A DNA stretch of 64,000 nucleotides, taken from a virus. The stretch is taken from the IMG/VR virus record IMGVR_UViG_3300022744_000001, positions 2,022 to 66,021 of that record; one strand, written 5' to 3'. This document shows, piece after piece, positions 17,602 to 27,320 of this stretch. A model generated the notes under the pieces. The model was not told the origin of the DNA, did not search any database, and was given only the letters and a program-made list of their open reading frames with translations. Position 1 is the first letter of the stretch. Each line of letters begins with the position of its first letter. Made by a program: the position numbers and the translations under genes.

Positions 17602-17935
17602 ACCCTCGGCGATAGCCCGCCAAAAACAACCGGTTTCTCCACGCATGGCCAGGAGGATAGGGGCGAAGGATTTCCTCCAACTCCCTCTCCGCTTGCCCCT
17701 TTGGCCATCCCGCTTGGATGTACGGCCGCCCCGTTTGGCGATCGTAGATAGCCCAAAGCGGAACGCTTTCAACCTTTTGCGTCCGATTTACGCCTCCGCC
17801 CGGAGGGCGTCGGCCAAAATGACTTGGTTTCGGGAGCCATGGCTTCTCAAGAGGCTCTTCTGAGCCTTCACCCTCATTGAGGCTTGACAAGTCCTCGGGA
17901 TCTCCAAGAAAGCCCTCTTCGTCTTCTGGCTTCAT
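17567..17935 (-). CDS. hypothetical acidic protein (122 aa)
   Basis: ORF whose start faces the iteron region. Confidence 0.45.
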   Translation of the reverse strand: MKPEDEEGFLGDPEDLSSLNEGEGSEEPLEKPWLPKPSHFGRRPPGGGVNRTQKVESVPLWAIYDRQTGRPYIQAGWPKGQAERELEEILRPYPPGHAWRNRLFLAGYRRGSKRKEALEGEN

Positions 17936-18160
17936 GAACGCTAGTACACCTCGGTTGGTACCCTTTTGGATGTAACCAACCCTCCATCAGGCGCTCCCTC
18001 GCAAGGAACCCTTCCAGATCTCAACCTCCCCTATGGAGGCCCTTTACCAATGAACCCTATGGTTCTCGCTCCATCCCCTGGAGCCCGTTACCGTTTACCG
18101 TACCTGTTGCTTCTACTGTACCTGCATCGTCATCTACTAGGGGTGCATCTTCTGTATCTG

Positions 18161-18265
18161 CTACGGTTACTGAATCATCTACGGTTACTGAATCATCTAC
18201 GGTTACTGAATCGGTTACTTCTGAATCTACTGAGTCTGGATCTACTGAATCATCATCTGAGTCTG
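18161..18265. repeat. tandem 18-bp iterons (ctacggttactgaatcat x3) plus degenerate copies
   Basis: Two perfect copies at 18161-18178 and 18179-18196, then a third at 18197-18214 with a 2-nt change at its 3' end. Degenerate ctactgaatc-like units follow. The repeats are not coding in any frame with a start codon. Confidence 0.85.
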
Positions 18266-18296
18266 TTTCGGTTTTTTGTTCCTTAGCTTCACTACT

Positions 18297-18392
18297 GATC
18301 CCCTAACGGGGATCATATGGATCAAATTAAGATCCTTAAGGATCTAGATCTAGTAGGGATCCATATTGAGCTACTTCGTATCCGGGGATCAG
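18297..18392. other. low-GC GATC-rich palindrome cluster (8 GATC in about 95 bp); candidate origin or methylation-sensitive regulatory site
   Basis: GATC sites at 18297, 18311, 18320, 18331, 18341, 18347, 18358 and 18387. They sit in perfect palindromes: gatcccctaacggggatc, gatccttaaggatc and gatctagatc. Confidence 0.6.
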
Positions 18393-18470
18393 AGGGGCTA
18401 CTACCTTCTGTCGCCCGTTACCCAAGGGGTGGTTCCTAAGATCCGATTGCTTCTCTTAGGAGCAGAGCCT

Positions 18471-19028
18471 ATGGGACGGTTCTCGAGAGATACAAACGTG
18501 TCCTTCTCGAGCCAAGGTAACCGGGTCTTTTCTGCTCGCTATGGTTCCAGGGAAGCTCCTGGTAGCGGGATCGATCCGGAGACCGATCGAGGGACCCTAT
18601 ACCCTCACCCCCTTGGACACTTTGGGGGCTGTGACGGACTAGAACACCGAGGGGGACAGGTCAATGGGAAAATTCTCCTATGCCGCCTCTGGGGTAAGAG
18701 GAGCATGGTACCAAGCATCGTTACCTTCTCAGACGTAAAGGACGCTCCTTCTATCCGCATGGAGCTTCCAGCTCTCTTGCCTCTTGGGGAACGAATCAAG
18801 CTCCGGGTGACCCTCCGAAGGAAAAACGGGCACCGTACCGAAGAGCTTCGGGTGGATGGCGAGTACAGGGTCGCAGAGACCTCTGTGGACGCCACGTACG
18901 CCCCTCCCAAGCAGATCGTGAAGGTAGAGGCCACCAAGGTCGCGCCCGCCTGGAAGGCGGTGCGTAACCCCTCCCCGCTTCGTCGGCTCCTCCCTCCCAC
19001 TCACTCGAAAGCGGTCCTAGACGAATGA
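18471..19028 (+). CDS. hypothetical protein
   Basis: Internal ATG preceded by an AGGAG ribosome-binding site, directly downstream of the GATC cluster. Confidence 0.45.
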   Translation: MGRFSRDTNVSFSSQGNRVFSARYGSREAPGSGIDPETDRGTLYPHPLGHFGGCDGLEHRGGQVNGKILLCRLWGKRSMVPSIVTFSDVKDAPSIRMELPALLPLGERIKLRVTLRRKNGHRTEELRVDGEYRVAETSVDATYAPPKQIVKVEATKVAPAWKAVRNPSPLRRLLPPTHSKAVLDE

Positions 19029-19324
19029 TGAACCCGTTCCTCCCGAAAGAGTTCCTGTCCCTCCCAGAAGCCATCTGGGTGCCAAGGCTAGGGCCGAGGG
19101 TCTTCCGGGGGGCCGCAGCCGAGATCGTCCTCCAAATGGCTTCTATGAAGGGCCCACGACCCTCCACGGTGAAGCTGGCGCTCCGGCACCTGGTCGAGGA
19201 TATGTCCTCGACCAATCGCATCCGCGTGAAGATCCCCTGGGAGCAACCCGAAGCCGCCCTCGCTCGAGCATTTCTCCGAGCACTCCTTCAAGCGGGTCTC
19301 TGTTTGCCAGTTCCTTCTGCGTAG
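19025..19324 (+). CDS. hypothetical protein (99 aa)
   Basis: ATGA overlap with the upstream ORF. Confidence 0.35.
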   Translation: MMNPFLPKEFLSLPEAIWVPRLGPRVFRGAAAEIVLQMASMKGPRPSTVKLALRHLVEDMSSTNRIRVKIPWEQPEAALARAFLRALLQAGLCLPVPSA

Positions 19325-19381
19325 GTTGTGCACGGTGTGCGGTTGTACTGAGTGTGCAAGCGGCCCGGTGTAGAGGGCTCC

Positions 19382-20095
19382 ATGCACCAACATGGCGTCC
19401 TCTCCGGCTACGAGATCGAGAAACAGCTCAAGGAGGGGCGAATCCAAATCGACCCCTTCAACCCTGACCACGTGAACCCCGCCTCCGTGGACCTCACTCT
19501 GGGGGATCAGGTTCTGGTCTACCGAGACGCGATCGACTACGAGGAGTACGACGTTACGGACGGGAGCGAGATCATCCCCTCCTTGGACAAGAACGTTCTC
19601 GACAGTCGGCAACCCAATCGCACGGTCAGCTACAAGATCGGGCCTCGCGGCTGGGTCCTCAAGCCGGGCGTCGGGTACCTCATGCACACGGCTGAGCGCG
19701 TCTTCACAGAGAGCTTTGTCCCCGTCCTCGATGGCAAGTCCTCGGTAGGGCGGCTCTTCATCAAGGTGCACGAGACGGCCGGGTATGGCGACCCAGGCTT
19801 CAACGGCCAGTACACACTCGAGGTGACCTCCGTTTACCCGGTCCGGGTCTACACGGGCATGCGCATCTGCCAGGTTCGCTTCCACTCGATTGCAGGCCAG
19901 CCGAAGCTCTACCAAGGGCACTACCGGAACGATACGGCCAAGGGTGCCGTGGCCTCCAGGTCCTGGCAGCAGTTCGAGGAGATGGACGAGGCAGCAGTGG
20001 AGCGGCGAATGCTCGAGTGCAAAGAGGACCATGAGGCCGTCCGCCGCTCCGGCTCCGATGACGGCTGCCTCAAGTGCGGCTACTACGCGAAGTAA
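19382..20095 (+). CDS. dcd: dCTP deaminase (Dcd-like) with C-terminal Cys-containing extension
   Basis: SGYEIEKQLKEGRIQIDPF, NPASVDLTLG and VGRLFIKVHETAGYGDPGFNGQYTLEV match dCTP deaminase/dUTPase-fold motifs. Confidence 0.8.
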   Translation: MHQHGVLSGYEIEKQLKEGRIQIDPFNPDHVNPASVDLTLGDQVLVYRDAIDYEEYDVTDGSEIIPSLDKNVLDSRQPNRTVSYKIGPRGWVLKPGVGYLMHTAERVFTESFVPVLDGKSSVGRLFIKVHETAGYGDPGFNGQYTLEVTSVYPVRVYTGMRICQVRFHSIAGQPKLYQGHYRNDTAKGAVASRSWQQFEEMDEAAVERRMLECKEDHEAVRRSGSDDGCLKCGYYAK

Positions 20096-20116
20096 TCTTT
20101 CGTTGCCCCGCCTCGA

Positions 20117-20593
20117 GTGATGATCCTTCGTGTCGCCCAAGCCTACCGAGCGGAGTTCGAACAGATGCTCGCCGAGGGGCGAAAGCTCCGCCGGGACTAC
20201 TACGTCCCGGAACGCTACCGGGCTGAGCCTCAGCCCCCGGGGCTCTACGAAGGCCAGCTCCTCGGCCGCAAGATCAAGCGCATGGACGGCGAATGGGTGC
20301 GCGACAACATCGACGTTGACTTCGTCGAAGGTGGGAACCCCTCCCGCTACTCCTATGTGCCCCTCGACGAGCTTTGGGTCGAGATGTCCCTCTCCCCCGT
20401 GGGTCAGACTGCAACCCTTCTCCATGAGGCAGTTGAATGCCACCTCATGGAGAACTACCAGCTGTCCTACAGCAATGCCCATGACATTGCAGCGTTTTTC
20501 GAGTCTCGCTACCGGCAAGACCCCAACACGCCCCTCGATGTTGCGACGGCCGCCGCTGTAACAGAGGCTTTAGAAACGTTAGGTTTGGTGTAA
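20117..20593 (+). CDS. hypothetical protein (158 aa)
   Basis: Clean ORF. No motif was recognised. Confidence 0.5.
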   Translation: MMILRVAQAYRAEFEQMLAEGRKLRRDYYVPERYRAEPQPPGLYEGQLLGRKIKRMDGEWVRDNIDVDFVEGGNPSRYSYVPLDELWVEMSLSPVGQTATLLHEAVECHLMENYQLSYSNAHDIAAFFESRYRQDPNTPLDVATAAAVTEALETLGLV

Positions 20594-20602
20594 CCTAGCG
20601 CC

Positions 20603-21220
20603 ATGGATCTCTCTGAAACGATTTCTGCCCTTCAACCCGGCGAGATGAAAACCATCATTTCTGCGACGGTTGAGAAACCCAAGCGTGACCTGCAACTTCT
20701 CCCGCTGGTCTACCATCCGAGCCCAATCCTCAACGAGGAGTGCTTTGAGATCCCTGCGGTGACCGAGGACATCGTTTGGTTGGCCAAGGACATGCTCTTC
20801 ACGATGATGAAGCGGCATGGGGTGGGGCTCGCGGCGCCCCAGGTGGGCCACAGCCTTCGACTGTTCGTGGTGGACGTCGGCTGGGTTCGGGGAATCGAGC
20901 ACTCGGACCCCAAGGTGTTCATCAACCCCAGGGTAACTCCCGCGAGCCCGAGCCAGGACAGGGCTCCGGCCGAAATCTCCTCTACCGAGGGCTGCCTCTC
21001 CTTCCCTGGCACGAAGGCTACTTTGCCGCGCTACGAGGTCGTCCACGTTCATGCCCTGGGCATCGACGGCAGGCCATTTGAGCTGTACGCGGACGAGCTT
21101 CTAGGACGCGTGGTGCAGCACGAGAACGACCACTTGAACGGGGTTACCATCCACCCGCACCTCGGTCGCATGCAGCGCCAAGAACTCCGGAAGGGGCTCG
21201 AGAAGGCCCGCCGCGGCTAA
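20603..21220 (+). CDS. def: peptide deformylase
   Basis: All three PDF motifs are present: GVGLAAPQVG, EGCLSFPG and QHENDHLNG. Confidence 0.85.
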   Translation: MDLSETISALQPGEMKTIISATVEKPKRDLQLLPLVYHPSPILNEECFEIPAVTEDIVWLAKDMLFTMMKRHGVGLAAPQVGHSLRLFVVDVGWVRGIEHSDPKVFINPRVTPASPSQDRAPAEISSTEGCLSFPGTKATLPRYEVVHVHALGIDGRPFELYADELLGRVVQHENDHLNGVTIHPHLGRMQRQELRKGLEKARRG

Positions 21221-21241
21221 ACTACCTGTCGCCCGCCCTGG

Positions 21242-22999
21242 GTGATGGACCTCGTACTCCGCGTCGCCTCTCACTTCCTTGTCGGCGGTTTCATCCCCGA
21301 CAAGTTCTTCAAGGCCAAGACGGCCGAGCTGAAGAAGCTCATGCTCACCCCGGCCGGGATGCCCGACGTGACCTCGTTCGAGATTCACGACCGGGTCATC
21401 CCCTTCTACAAGAAGTTCGAGCAGGAGTTGCTCGAGTTCGGGGTGCACCGCTTCGCGGAGGAGTCCATCCGCAGTCGGTTCGAAACCATGCGAGGCATGG
21501 CGGAGAAGATCGCCGAGGGGGCAGCCGGGTTCCACAAGGCCACGAACCAGTTCCCTCCTCGCGGCCCCAAGACCGAAGTCCTGACATCCCTCGAGATGGC
21601 GGTACGAGGCGCCTACGGGGAGAAGGTCAAATATCTCGGGCACGCCTTCAAAACCCAGTGGTTCATCGACGGTGGCCAGCTCGAGGCTTTGGCTGACCGC
21701 CTTTTGAAGAAGGCCACGCCCGCAGAGCTTGGCGCCTTGGAGAGCGCTTCGAACGACGACTTCCGCTCCTCTGTTCTTGACCTCAAGTACGGGTTCTTGA
21801 AGCGAGTGAACGCGGAAGCCGCGGCGCTCAAGCTGGTCAAGAAGACCAAGATCACCTGGGACCCCTTCCAGCGCATCGAGATACTTCGTGCTGCGCTCGA
21901 GGCCAACTACTCGGACAAAGCGGACATGGCGCCTACCGAGTTCGACCTGTTCGGAATGAAGATCGTGGTCAACGACCAATCCGTGGACCAGGACCAGGTC
22001 AATAAGTACGTCGGCTACCTCAAGGAAGCCTACGCTCGCCTCAAGGCCAAGGGGTTTGCCAAGGTCTGGTATGGCACCGTTCTCATCGACTGCCAGCAGT
22101 GCGGGGGCGTCAACTACAACGACGGGGGCGAGGTCGGGGGCCACTACAACATCGGGAAAGACTGGGTGAAGATCTTCGAACGCCCCGGTCCTTTCATCGT
22201 GAAGTTGATGGCTCACGAGCTGGGGCACCGGCACTGGTTCAAGGGCATGTCCTCGGAGCAGCGAGCCCGGTTCAACTCCCTGGTCCGCACGCACGAGGGT
22301 CGAAACCCAAAGAAGGCTGAGGCCAAACTCATCCCTCTCTCCACCGTGGTGAAGCGTCGAAGCACCCTGGACGAAGTTCTCAACCCGCTTGCCAAGGCTC
22401 TCGACCAAGCACTCAAAGACGCTGAAGCACAACGGTTCGACAAGGAGAAGGCCAGGGAGCTTCGGTCTTTCGTCCGCGGGGACGCCCAAGCCCTTTCGAG
22501 GCTGTACCAGTTGGGCTCGAACATGGTCGAGCGGAACGGGGACCTCTACCAAAGCCGTGAGTCACTCCAGCTCGGAACCGAGTTCAGCAAGCTGCTCATG
22601 GATGTGGATGCCGAGTTGGTAGACAAGCTCAACGAGATCCTCAACACGAGCTTGGACTTCAATGAGTCAATCGAGTTCTGGGCGGGCCACTTCCTGACCC
22701 AAACAAAGAAGCTGCACGAGCTGGGCGAGCAGTACCTCATGGCCACGATGAAGGGGCACAACGAGACTGCCAAAATCGAGGCAGAGAAAGCCAAAACCGA
22801 GATCGACACGGCTTGGGGTGCCGACCCCCGCCAAGTCATGCCTGTCTCGGACTACGGCTCATCCAACATCGATGAGGCATTCGCCGAGGTGTTCATGAAG
22901 TACGTCATGGGCGACGACATGAATCGAGACCAGCTCGAGTCGTTCAAGTCTGTGTTCGCCTCGACTGAGGAGTACGACGACCACGACTTCGACGACTAG
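21242..22999 (+). CDS. large hypothetical protein with HExxH zincin-like motif (585 aa)
   Basis: The motif LMAHELGHRHWF is present. The gene ends on TAG. Confidence 0.6.
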   Translation: MMDLVLRVASHFLVGGFIPDKFFKAKTAELKKLMLTPAGMPDVTSFEIHDRVIPFYKKFEQELLEFGVHRFAEESIRSRFETMRGMAEKIAEGAAGFHKATNQFPPRGPKTEVLTSLEMAVRGAYGEKVKYLGHAFKTQWFIDGGQLEALADRLLKKATPAELGALESASNDDFRSSVLDLKYGFLKRVNAEAAALKLVKKTKITWDPFQRIEILRAALEANYSDKADMAPTEFDLFGMKIVVNDQSVDQDQVNKYVGYLKEAYARLKAKGFAKVWYGTVLIDCQQCGGVNYNDGGEVGGHYNIGKDWVKIFERPGPFIVKLMAHELGHRHWFKGMSSEQRARFNSLVRTHEGRNPKKAEAKLIPLSTVVKRRSTLDEVLNPLAKALDQALKDAEAQRFDKEKARELRSFVRGDAQALSRLYQLGSNMVERNGDLYQSRESLQLGTEFSKLLMDVDAELVDKLNEILNTSLDFNESIEFWAGHFLTQTKKLHELGEQYLMATMKGHNETAKIEAEKAKTEIDTAWGADPRQVMPVSDYGSSNIDEAFAEVFMKYVMGDDMNRDQLESFKSVFASTEEYDDHDFDD

Positions 23000-23661
23000 C
23001 CCGCTGTGAGCGTGTCGCGGAGCTTCTCAAGCCCCTTCTTCAAGCGGGTCAGTTTGTCGAAGATGTTGACGTTCTTCTCTCGCTTGTCAATGTGCTCGAC
23101 GTCCTCGATGAGGGTCTTCCACTTGGACTTTTCCACGCTGTGGATCATCACTTGAGCCATGTCACTCGTGATGGATTGAACCTTCTCGTAGAAGCGATCC
23201 ATGAACTTCCGGGCCGTGTTGCCCGCGACCAGCTGCGCATCCGCGAACGCCCGAAGGATGGGCCTAGACCGCTCCGGGCGGGGATGGCCGGGACCTTCCC
23301 AGGCTTCTTCCTCCGCTAGGTCAGCTTCCGGGTCGAACACGTCGCCGTGGAAGTCTCCCCCGATGTGGTAAATCTCCCAGGCCGTGTCATCACAGGGCTT
23401 CTTTTTGAAGTCGTCGAAAGCTTTCGCCATCTTTTTGGAGGACTTTTCGGCGTACTTCACCTCGCCCTCAGAGAGCTTGGCTTGCCTCATCTTGGCGATA
23501 GCAGCCTCGAGCGAGTGCTCGGAGTTGGAGGCGTACTTCGCAAGCCACACCTTGGCGGCTTGGGTGTCTTTGTCCACCGTGGAGATCAGGCCGAGCACCG
23601 TGCGAAGGGCTTGGTCTTTGGAGGCGGTTTTGGCCACATGGAGGATCATGGACATGGTCAA
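22996..23661 (-). CDS. hypothetical protein (221 aa)
   Basis: Clean ORF with a helical, Lys/Glu-rich composition. Confidence 0.5.
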   Translation of the reverse strand: MTMSMILHVAKTASKDQALRTVLGLISTVDKDTQAAKVWLAKYASNSEHSLEAAIAKMRQAKLSEGEVKYAEKSSKKMAKAFDDFKKKPCDDTAWEIYHIGGDFHGDVFDPEADLAEEEAWEGPGHPRPERSRPILRAFADAQLVAGNTARKFMDRFYEKVQSITSDMAQVMIHSVEKSKWKTLIEDVEHIDKREKNVNIFDKLTRLKKGLEKLRDTLTAG

Positions 23662-23918
23662 ACTCCGAACGACTTTCGCTTCTCTGGGTCAGCGTGCCAG
23701 ATGTTGAAGAGGCCCAACGTCTTGTCCTGTTTGCGGCCTTTGGGGACAGGCTCGAGCACAACAATGGGGACCCCACGGTCGTCCACGGAGATGGACTTGA
23801 TGATGGCCTTCTTGTTCTTGTACTTGCCGAACACGACAAGGTCGCCCGGGTTGAAGTAACCCGCAGTTTTCAGGAAGTTCGCCGCAACCCTGAGCGGGGT
23901 GGTTTTCGACGTGGTCAC
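23658..23918 (-). CDS. hypothetical protein (86 aa)
   Basis: ATGA-coupled to the downstream gene. Confidence 0.45.
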   Translation of the reverse strand: MTTSKTTPLRVAANFLKTAGYFNPGDLVVFGKYKNKKAIIKSISVDDRGVPIVVLEPVPKGRKQDKTLGLFNIWHADPEKRKSFGV

Positions 23919-24189
23919 ATCAGGGGCAGCCTAAAAGTAGAAAGGGCGGAACTCTCGTCCCGCCCTTTCACTCACCACTCGTCGGTTCCTACCTGTTGCT
24001 TCCACCTCCGCAATGGGTCACTCACCGTTGTGTAAAACGCGAGTCTCTTCATGCGTCACTACCTCCCTGCGGGGAACGAAGCCCCGCAGACCCTGCGATG
24101 GGCTTTCTAATGGTGGTTACAGGTGTGAAGGGGACCGACTGAAAATCGCGATGCTCTGTGCACCTTACCTAAGAAGGGGCATAAGAAGA

Positions 24190-27100
24190 TCAGGCCGGTA
24201 CATGGGGCATGATCCACCAGTTGGTCCCGTCGCAAGCTGCATGGAATCCTTGGCGCCCAGATGCCCCGAATGCAACACCGGTAGTGGCCAAAGTTCCGTT
24301 GATGTTTCCGGAGCTGGATTTCAATGTGAAAGTGTTGCTATCCGTGGTGGTCTTCATGAGTGTAAGAGAGTGTCCACCGCTACTAGCAGGTGCAGGCAGC
24401 TGAATGTTTGCGATAGCTCCGCCTGATGTGTCGATCATAGTAAACGCGCCAGAAGACAGAGTTCCGCTGCCTCCGAGTGAGTCTACCTTTGAAAGAATGA
24501 TGGCTCCATACCCAACGCCGAACCCGGACCCGGGCCGACGCCCCACATAGAGGTCTACTGAGTTTGTGGTTAGAACTGCGGTGCCTGCTGCTGGGGCGAT
24601 AACCACTGCGCCGTGGTCGCCAGAGCCAGCAGGGGCGCCCGTGGTCAGCGTGATGTCTCCGCCGTTCTGGTTGCCGCCGACAGCCGAAGTTGCTGTGATG
24701 TTGACCGCGCCGCCGACCCCAGAAGTGGCTGTGGTGCCCGCAGAGATATTTACGGTGCCACCAACACCATTGGCGTTGTTGGCGCCTCGGACCGTGACCG
24801 AGCCAGCGGTTCCAGACCCGGTTGAGACACCGCCTGCGATAGTGATGCTTCCACCATTTTGGTTGCTTCCAGCAGCTGCACCCGCGGTAACGACGATGGC
24901 GCCACCTGTGCCTGAACCGCTAGCAGCACCAGCAGTGATAGTGACTTGGCCGCCAGCCCCCGAGGTTGAACCGCCAGCCCCCGCAAGGAGCAGAGCAGTA
25001 CCTCCGCTACCTGTAGCGCCTCCAGCTCCCGCACGAAGGGACGCGCCACCTCCCCCAGAAGAGCCTCGGCTGCTGCCTGCGGTGAAACTGATATCTCCAC
25101 CGGCGCCGGACGTAGCAGAAGCATTCGCGCTGCCTCCTGTAGCGGTGAAGCTACCGCCGTTGCCGCTACCAGTGCCGCCGGTACCTCCAGTGAAGGTAAA
25201 GGAACCGCCGACACCAGTTTGACCAGCTCCACTCGAGGCCGCTCCCGCGTTGAATGTGAAGCTTCCGCCGTTGTTGGCGCTCAAGCTTCCACCGCTGCCG
25301 CCAGTGAAAGTGATCGAACCGCCAGAGCCGCTCGATGTGCTGCCACAAGTGAGGGCGATGGAGCCACCAGCACCCGATGTTGAAGCGCCCGCAGTGATTT
25401 GAAGGGCTCCGCCAGCACCAGAGGTAGAACCGCCCACGCCTGAGAACAGCTGGAGAACAGCACCTGCTCCCGTTGCGCCCGAGGTACCGGGTTGAACCAG
25501 AAGGGCGCCCGCCGCCGAAGCACCGAAACCATCACCGGTTCGAATCGTGGTGGTTCCGCCAACCGCCGACGAACCGCCAGAGACGGCATCCGCCCCCTTG
25601 ATGGTTACAGAGCCTGCTGTGCCGCCGTTAGTCGGGGAGCCACCCGTGATGGTGATTGCACCACCAGCTTGAGTGGTACCTACGCCCGCTCCGCCCGTGA
25701 TGGAGAGGGCTCCGCCAGCACCAGACGTCGTAGCTGCACCACCCTGGAGAGAAAGGGTGCCTCCAGCTCCAGAAGTGGCACCACCAGGACCGCCTTTGAC
25801 GACTACCGAGCCGCCCGTGTTGGTACCTCCAGGAGTGCCGCCTTGGATGGTGACTGTGCCACCGTTACCCGCGGCAAGAGAGGTGCCTCCGTTGATGTTG
25901 AGGGCACCACCAGCACCGGTCAGGCCCCCGGTACCTCCCTGTGCTGTCAGGGAGTACCCAGTTCCAGCTCCGACAAGATCGGCAGGTTTGATAGTCGGGG
26001 AGGTGCCAGTGGTAACAACCACCCCGCTATCAATCAATGCTGTAGCCGCCGAGCTACTCCAGACGGGGACCCCGTTGGTGTTCCCAGAACCTGGGCCTGT
26101 GACCCCGCCCCCACCTCCGGTTCCTCCAAGAGGGAGCACTCGCCACGCGTTGCTGGTGTAGTCCCGCACTAGCAACGCCGCAGAACCACCAGTCAGGGAG
26201 TAATCGGTTGCCGAAGGGCAAATAAGCCGATTGAATGCAGACGATCCAGCATCTTGGTGTTTGAGGGTCAGTGTCGTACTGGAGCGGTTTACAAGGAAAC
26301 GCTGTGAGTAGGACAGGTCGAGGTCAGTGTCGCGGAAGAAGCCCGTAACGGTTGCACCCGAAGTGACCGCATCAAAAAAGATCGTCCGCGCAAAACGCCA
26401 CTTGTAGATGTCTCCAAGCTTGTAGTCGTTGTTGGTGCCGCTGACCGAGACCGACGCGGTCTGCTCGATGGAGGGGTAAGTGAAAAGGTTGTCACTCGTC
26501 CCGCCAAAGTTGTTGTTCGCGAACTTCGAAGCGTTGTTGTTCGTTGCGTCGGTAGTGACAGGATTGTTGAACAACACGATTGAGGCCGGGGCACCGTCGT
26601 CAACCAAGTACCCAGAGGTTCCGACGTTCGCGTTGAAGATCTGAAGGTACCCTCCGTTGGTAATGAATGGGTACCCTGTGATACCTGCCAACCAAGTGCT
26701 TGCTGGGAATTCACAATAGACGTCGAGCGATCCGCCATTGCCTGCATTAATCCACGAAGACGTTGCGGCCCCATCGGTGTAGAGCTGGGAAAATCTCCCC
26801 AAGGTAATCGAGGGGTAATCGCTGGGGCTCATCGTATAGAGGGCCCCAGACGTCTTGTGGTTGACCATCACTACGTTTTCGATTCGACGAGGCAGCTTAA
26901 CGATGACCGCGGGGTCATAGAAGTTCATGACCGCTGTGCCGAGAGGATCTGTTGACGAGCGGCCAACGATCTCACAGTCCGTGAAGTCAAAGGAGTTGCT
27001 ACCGCTAAGGGGTACATTCGTAAGCAGCGTGATTCGACACGGGCCAGGGTGCCTTGCTGCAAGAAGCAGAGCCATGTCGTTATACGTGTTGCCCGAAGGT

Positions 27101-27192
27101 GAGGCTCCCGAGTCAAACACGAAGTCAGCCACCACGATTTCCTCGAAGGTGTGCCCAGCGGCGCTCGACAAAACTGGATAGCGATTCGACAT
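24190..27192 (-). CDS. glycine-rich repetitive tail-fibre-like protein (1000 aa)
   Basis: N-terminal 350 aa is a globular, beta-rich domain. This is followed by about 450 aa of GGxGG/TGGTG repeats (not collagen Gly-X-Y) and a C-terminal domain ending CDGTNWWIMPHVPA. Confidence 0.75.
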   Translation of the reverse strand: MSNRYPVLSSAAGHTFEEIVVADFVFDSGASPSGNTYNDMALLLAARHPGPCRITLLTNVPLSGSNSFDFTDCEIVGRSSTDPLGTAVMNFYDPAVIVKLPRRIENVVMVNHKTSGALYTMSPSDYPSITLGRFSQLYTDGAATSSWINAGNGGSLDVYCEFPASTWLAGITGYPFITNGGYLQIFNANVGTSGYLVDDGAPASIVLFNNPVTTDATNNNASKFANNNFGGTSDNLFTYPSIEQTASVSVSGTNNDYKLGDIYKWRFARTIFFDAVTSGATVTGFFRDTDLDLSYSQRFLVNRSSTTLTLKHQDAGSSAFNRLICPSATDYSLTGGSAALLVRDYTSNAWRVLPLGGTGGGGGVTGPGSGNTNGVPVWSSSAATALIDSGVVVTTGTSPTIKPADLVGAGTGYSLTAQGGTGGLTGAGGALNINGGTSLAAGNGGTVTIQGGTPGGTNTGGSVVVKGGPGGATSGAGGTLSLQGGAATTSGAGGALSITGGAGVGTTQAGGAITITGGSPTNGGTAGSVTIKGADAVSGGSSAVGGTTTIRTGDGFGASAAGALLVQPGTSGATGAGAVLQLFSGVGGSTSGAGGALQITAGASTSGAGGSIALTCGSTSSGSGGSITFTGGSGGSLSANNGGSFTFNAGAASSGAGQTGVGGSFTFTGGTGGTGSGNGGSFTATGGSANASATSGAGGDISFTAGSSRGSSGGGGASLRAGAGGATGSGGTALLLAGAGGSTSGAGGQVTITAGAASGSGTGGAIVVTAGAAAGSNQNGGSITIAGGVSTGSGTAGSVTVRGANNANGVGGTVNISAGTTATSGVGGAVNITATSAVGGNQNGGDITLTTGAPAGSGDHGAVVIAPAAGTAVLTTNSVDLYVGRRPGSGFGVGYGAIILSKVDSLGGSGTLSSGAFTMIDTSGGAIANIQLPAPASSGGHSLTLMKTTTDSNTFTLKSSSGNINGTLATTGVAFGASGRQGFHAACDGTNWWIMPHVPA

Positions 27193-27320
27193 GGTCCCTC
27201 AACTGGAAAACAGCTGCTACCCAAGGCTGGTTTGACAGTAGTTTATTGGGGGCTTTCGCTAACCCTTCAAGCTTCGATAAGCCTCTCATGTAGAGCGCTA
27301 GGCATGAAGGTGCGGTACCC

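Noticed and set aside
18161-18265. Possible CRISPR array or repeat-protein coding region
   Set aside because: Units are directly tandem 18-mers with no spacers. No in-frame start codon exists for the acidic DDSVTV repeat reading frame. The units are interpreted as iterons.
24190-27192. Collagen-like protein
   Set aside because: Glycines are not in Gly-X-Y triplet periodicity. The repeats are GGxGG/TGGTG, consistent with beta-structure fibre repeats.
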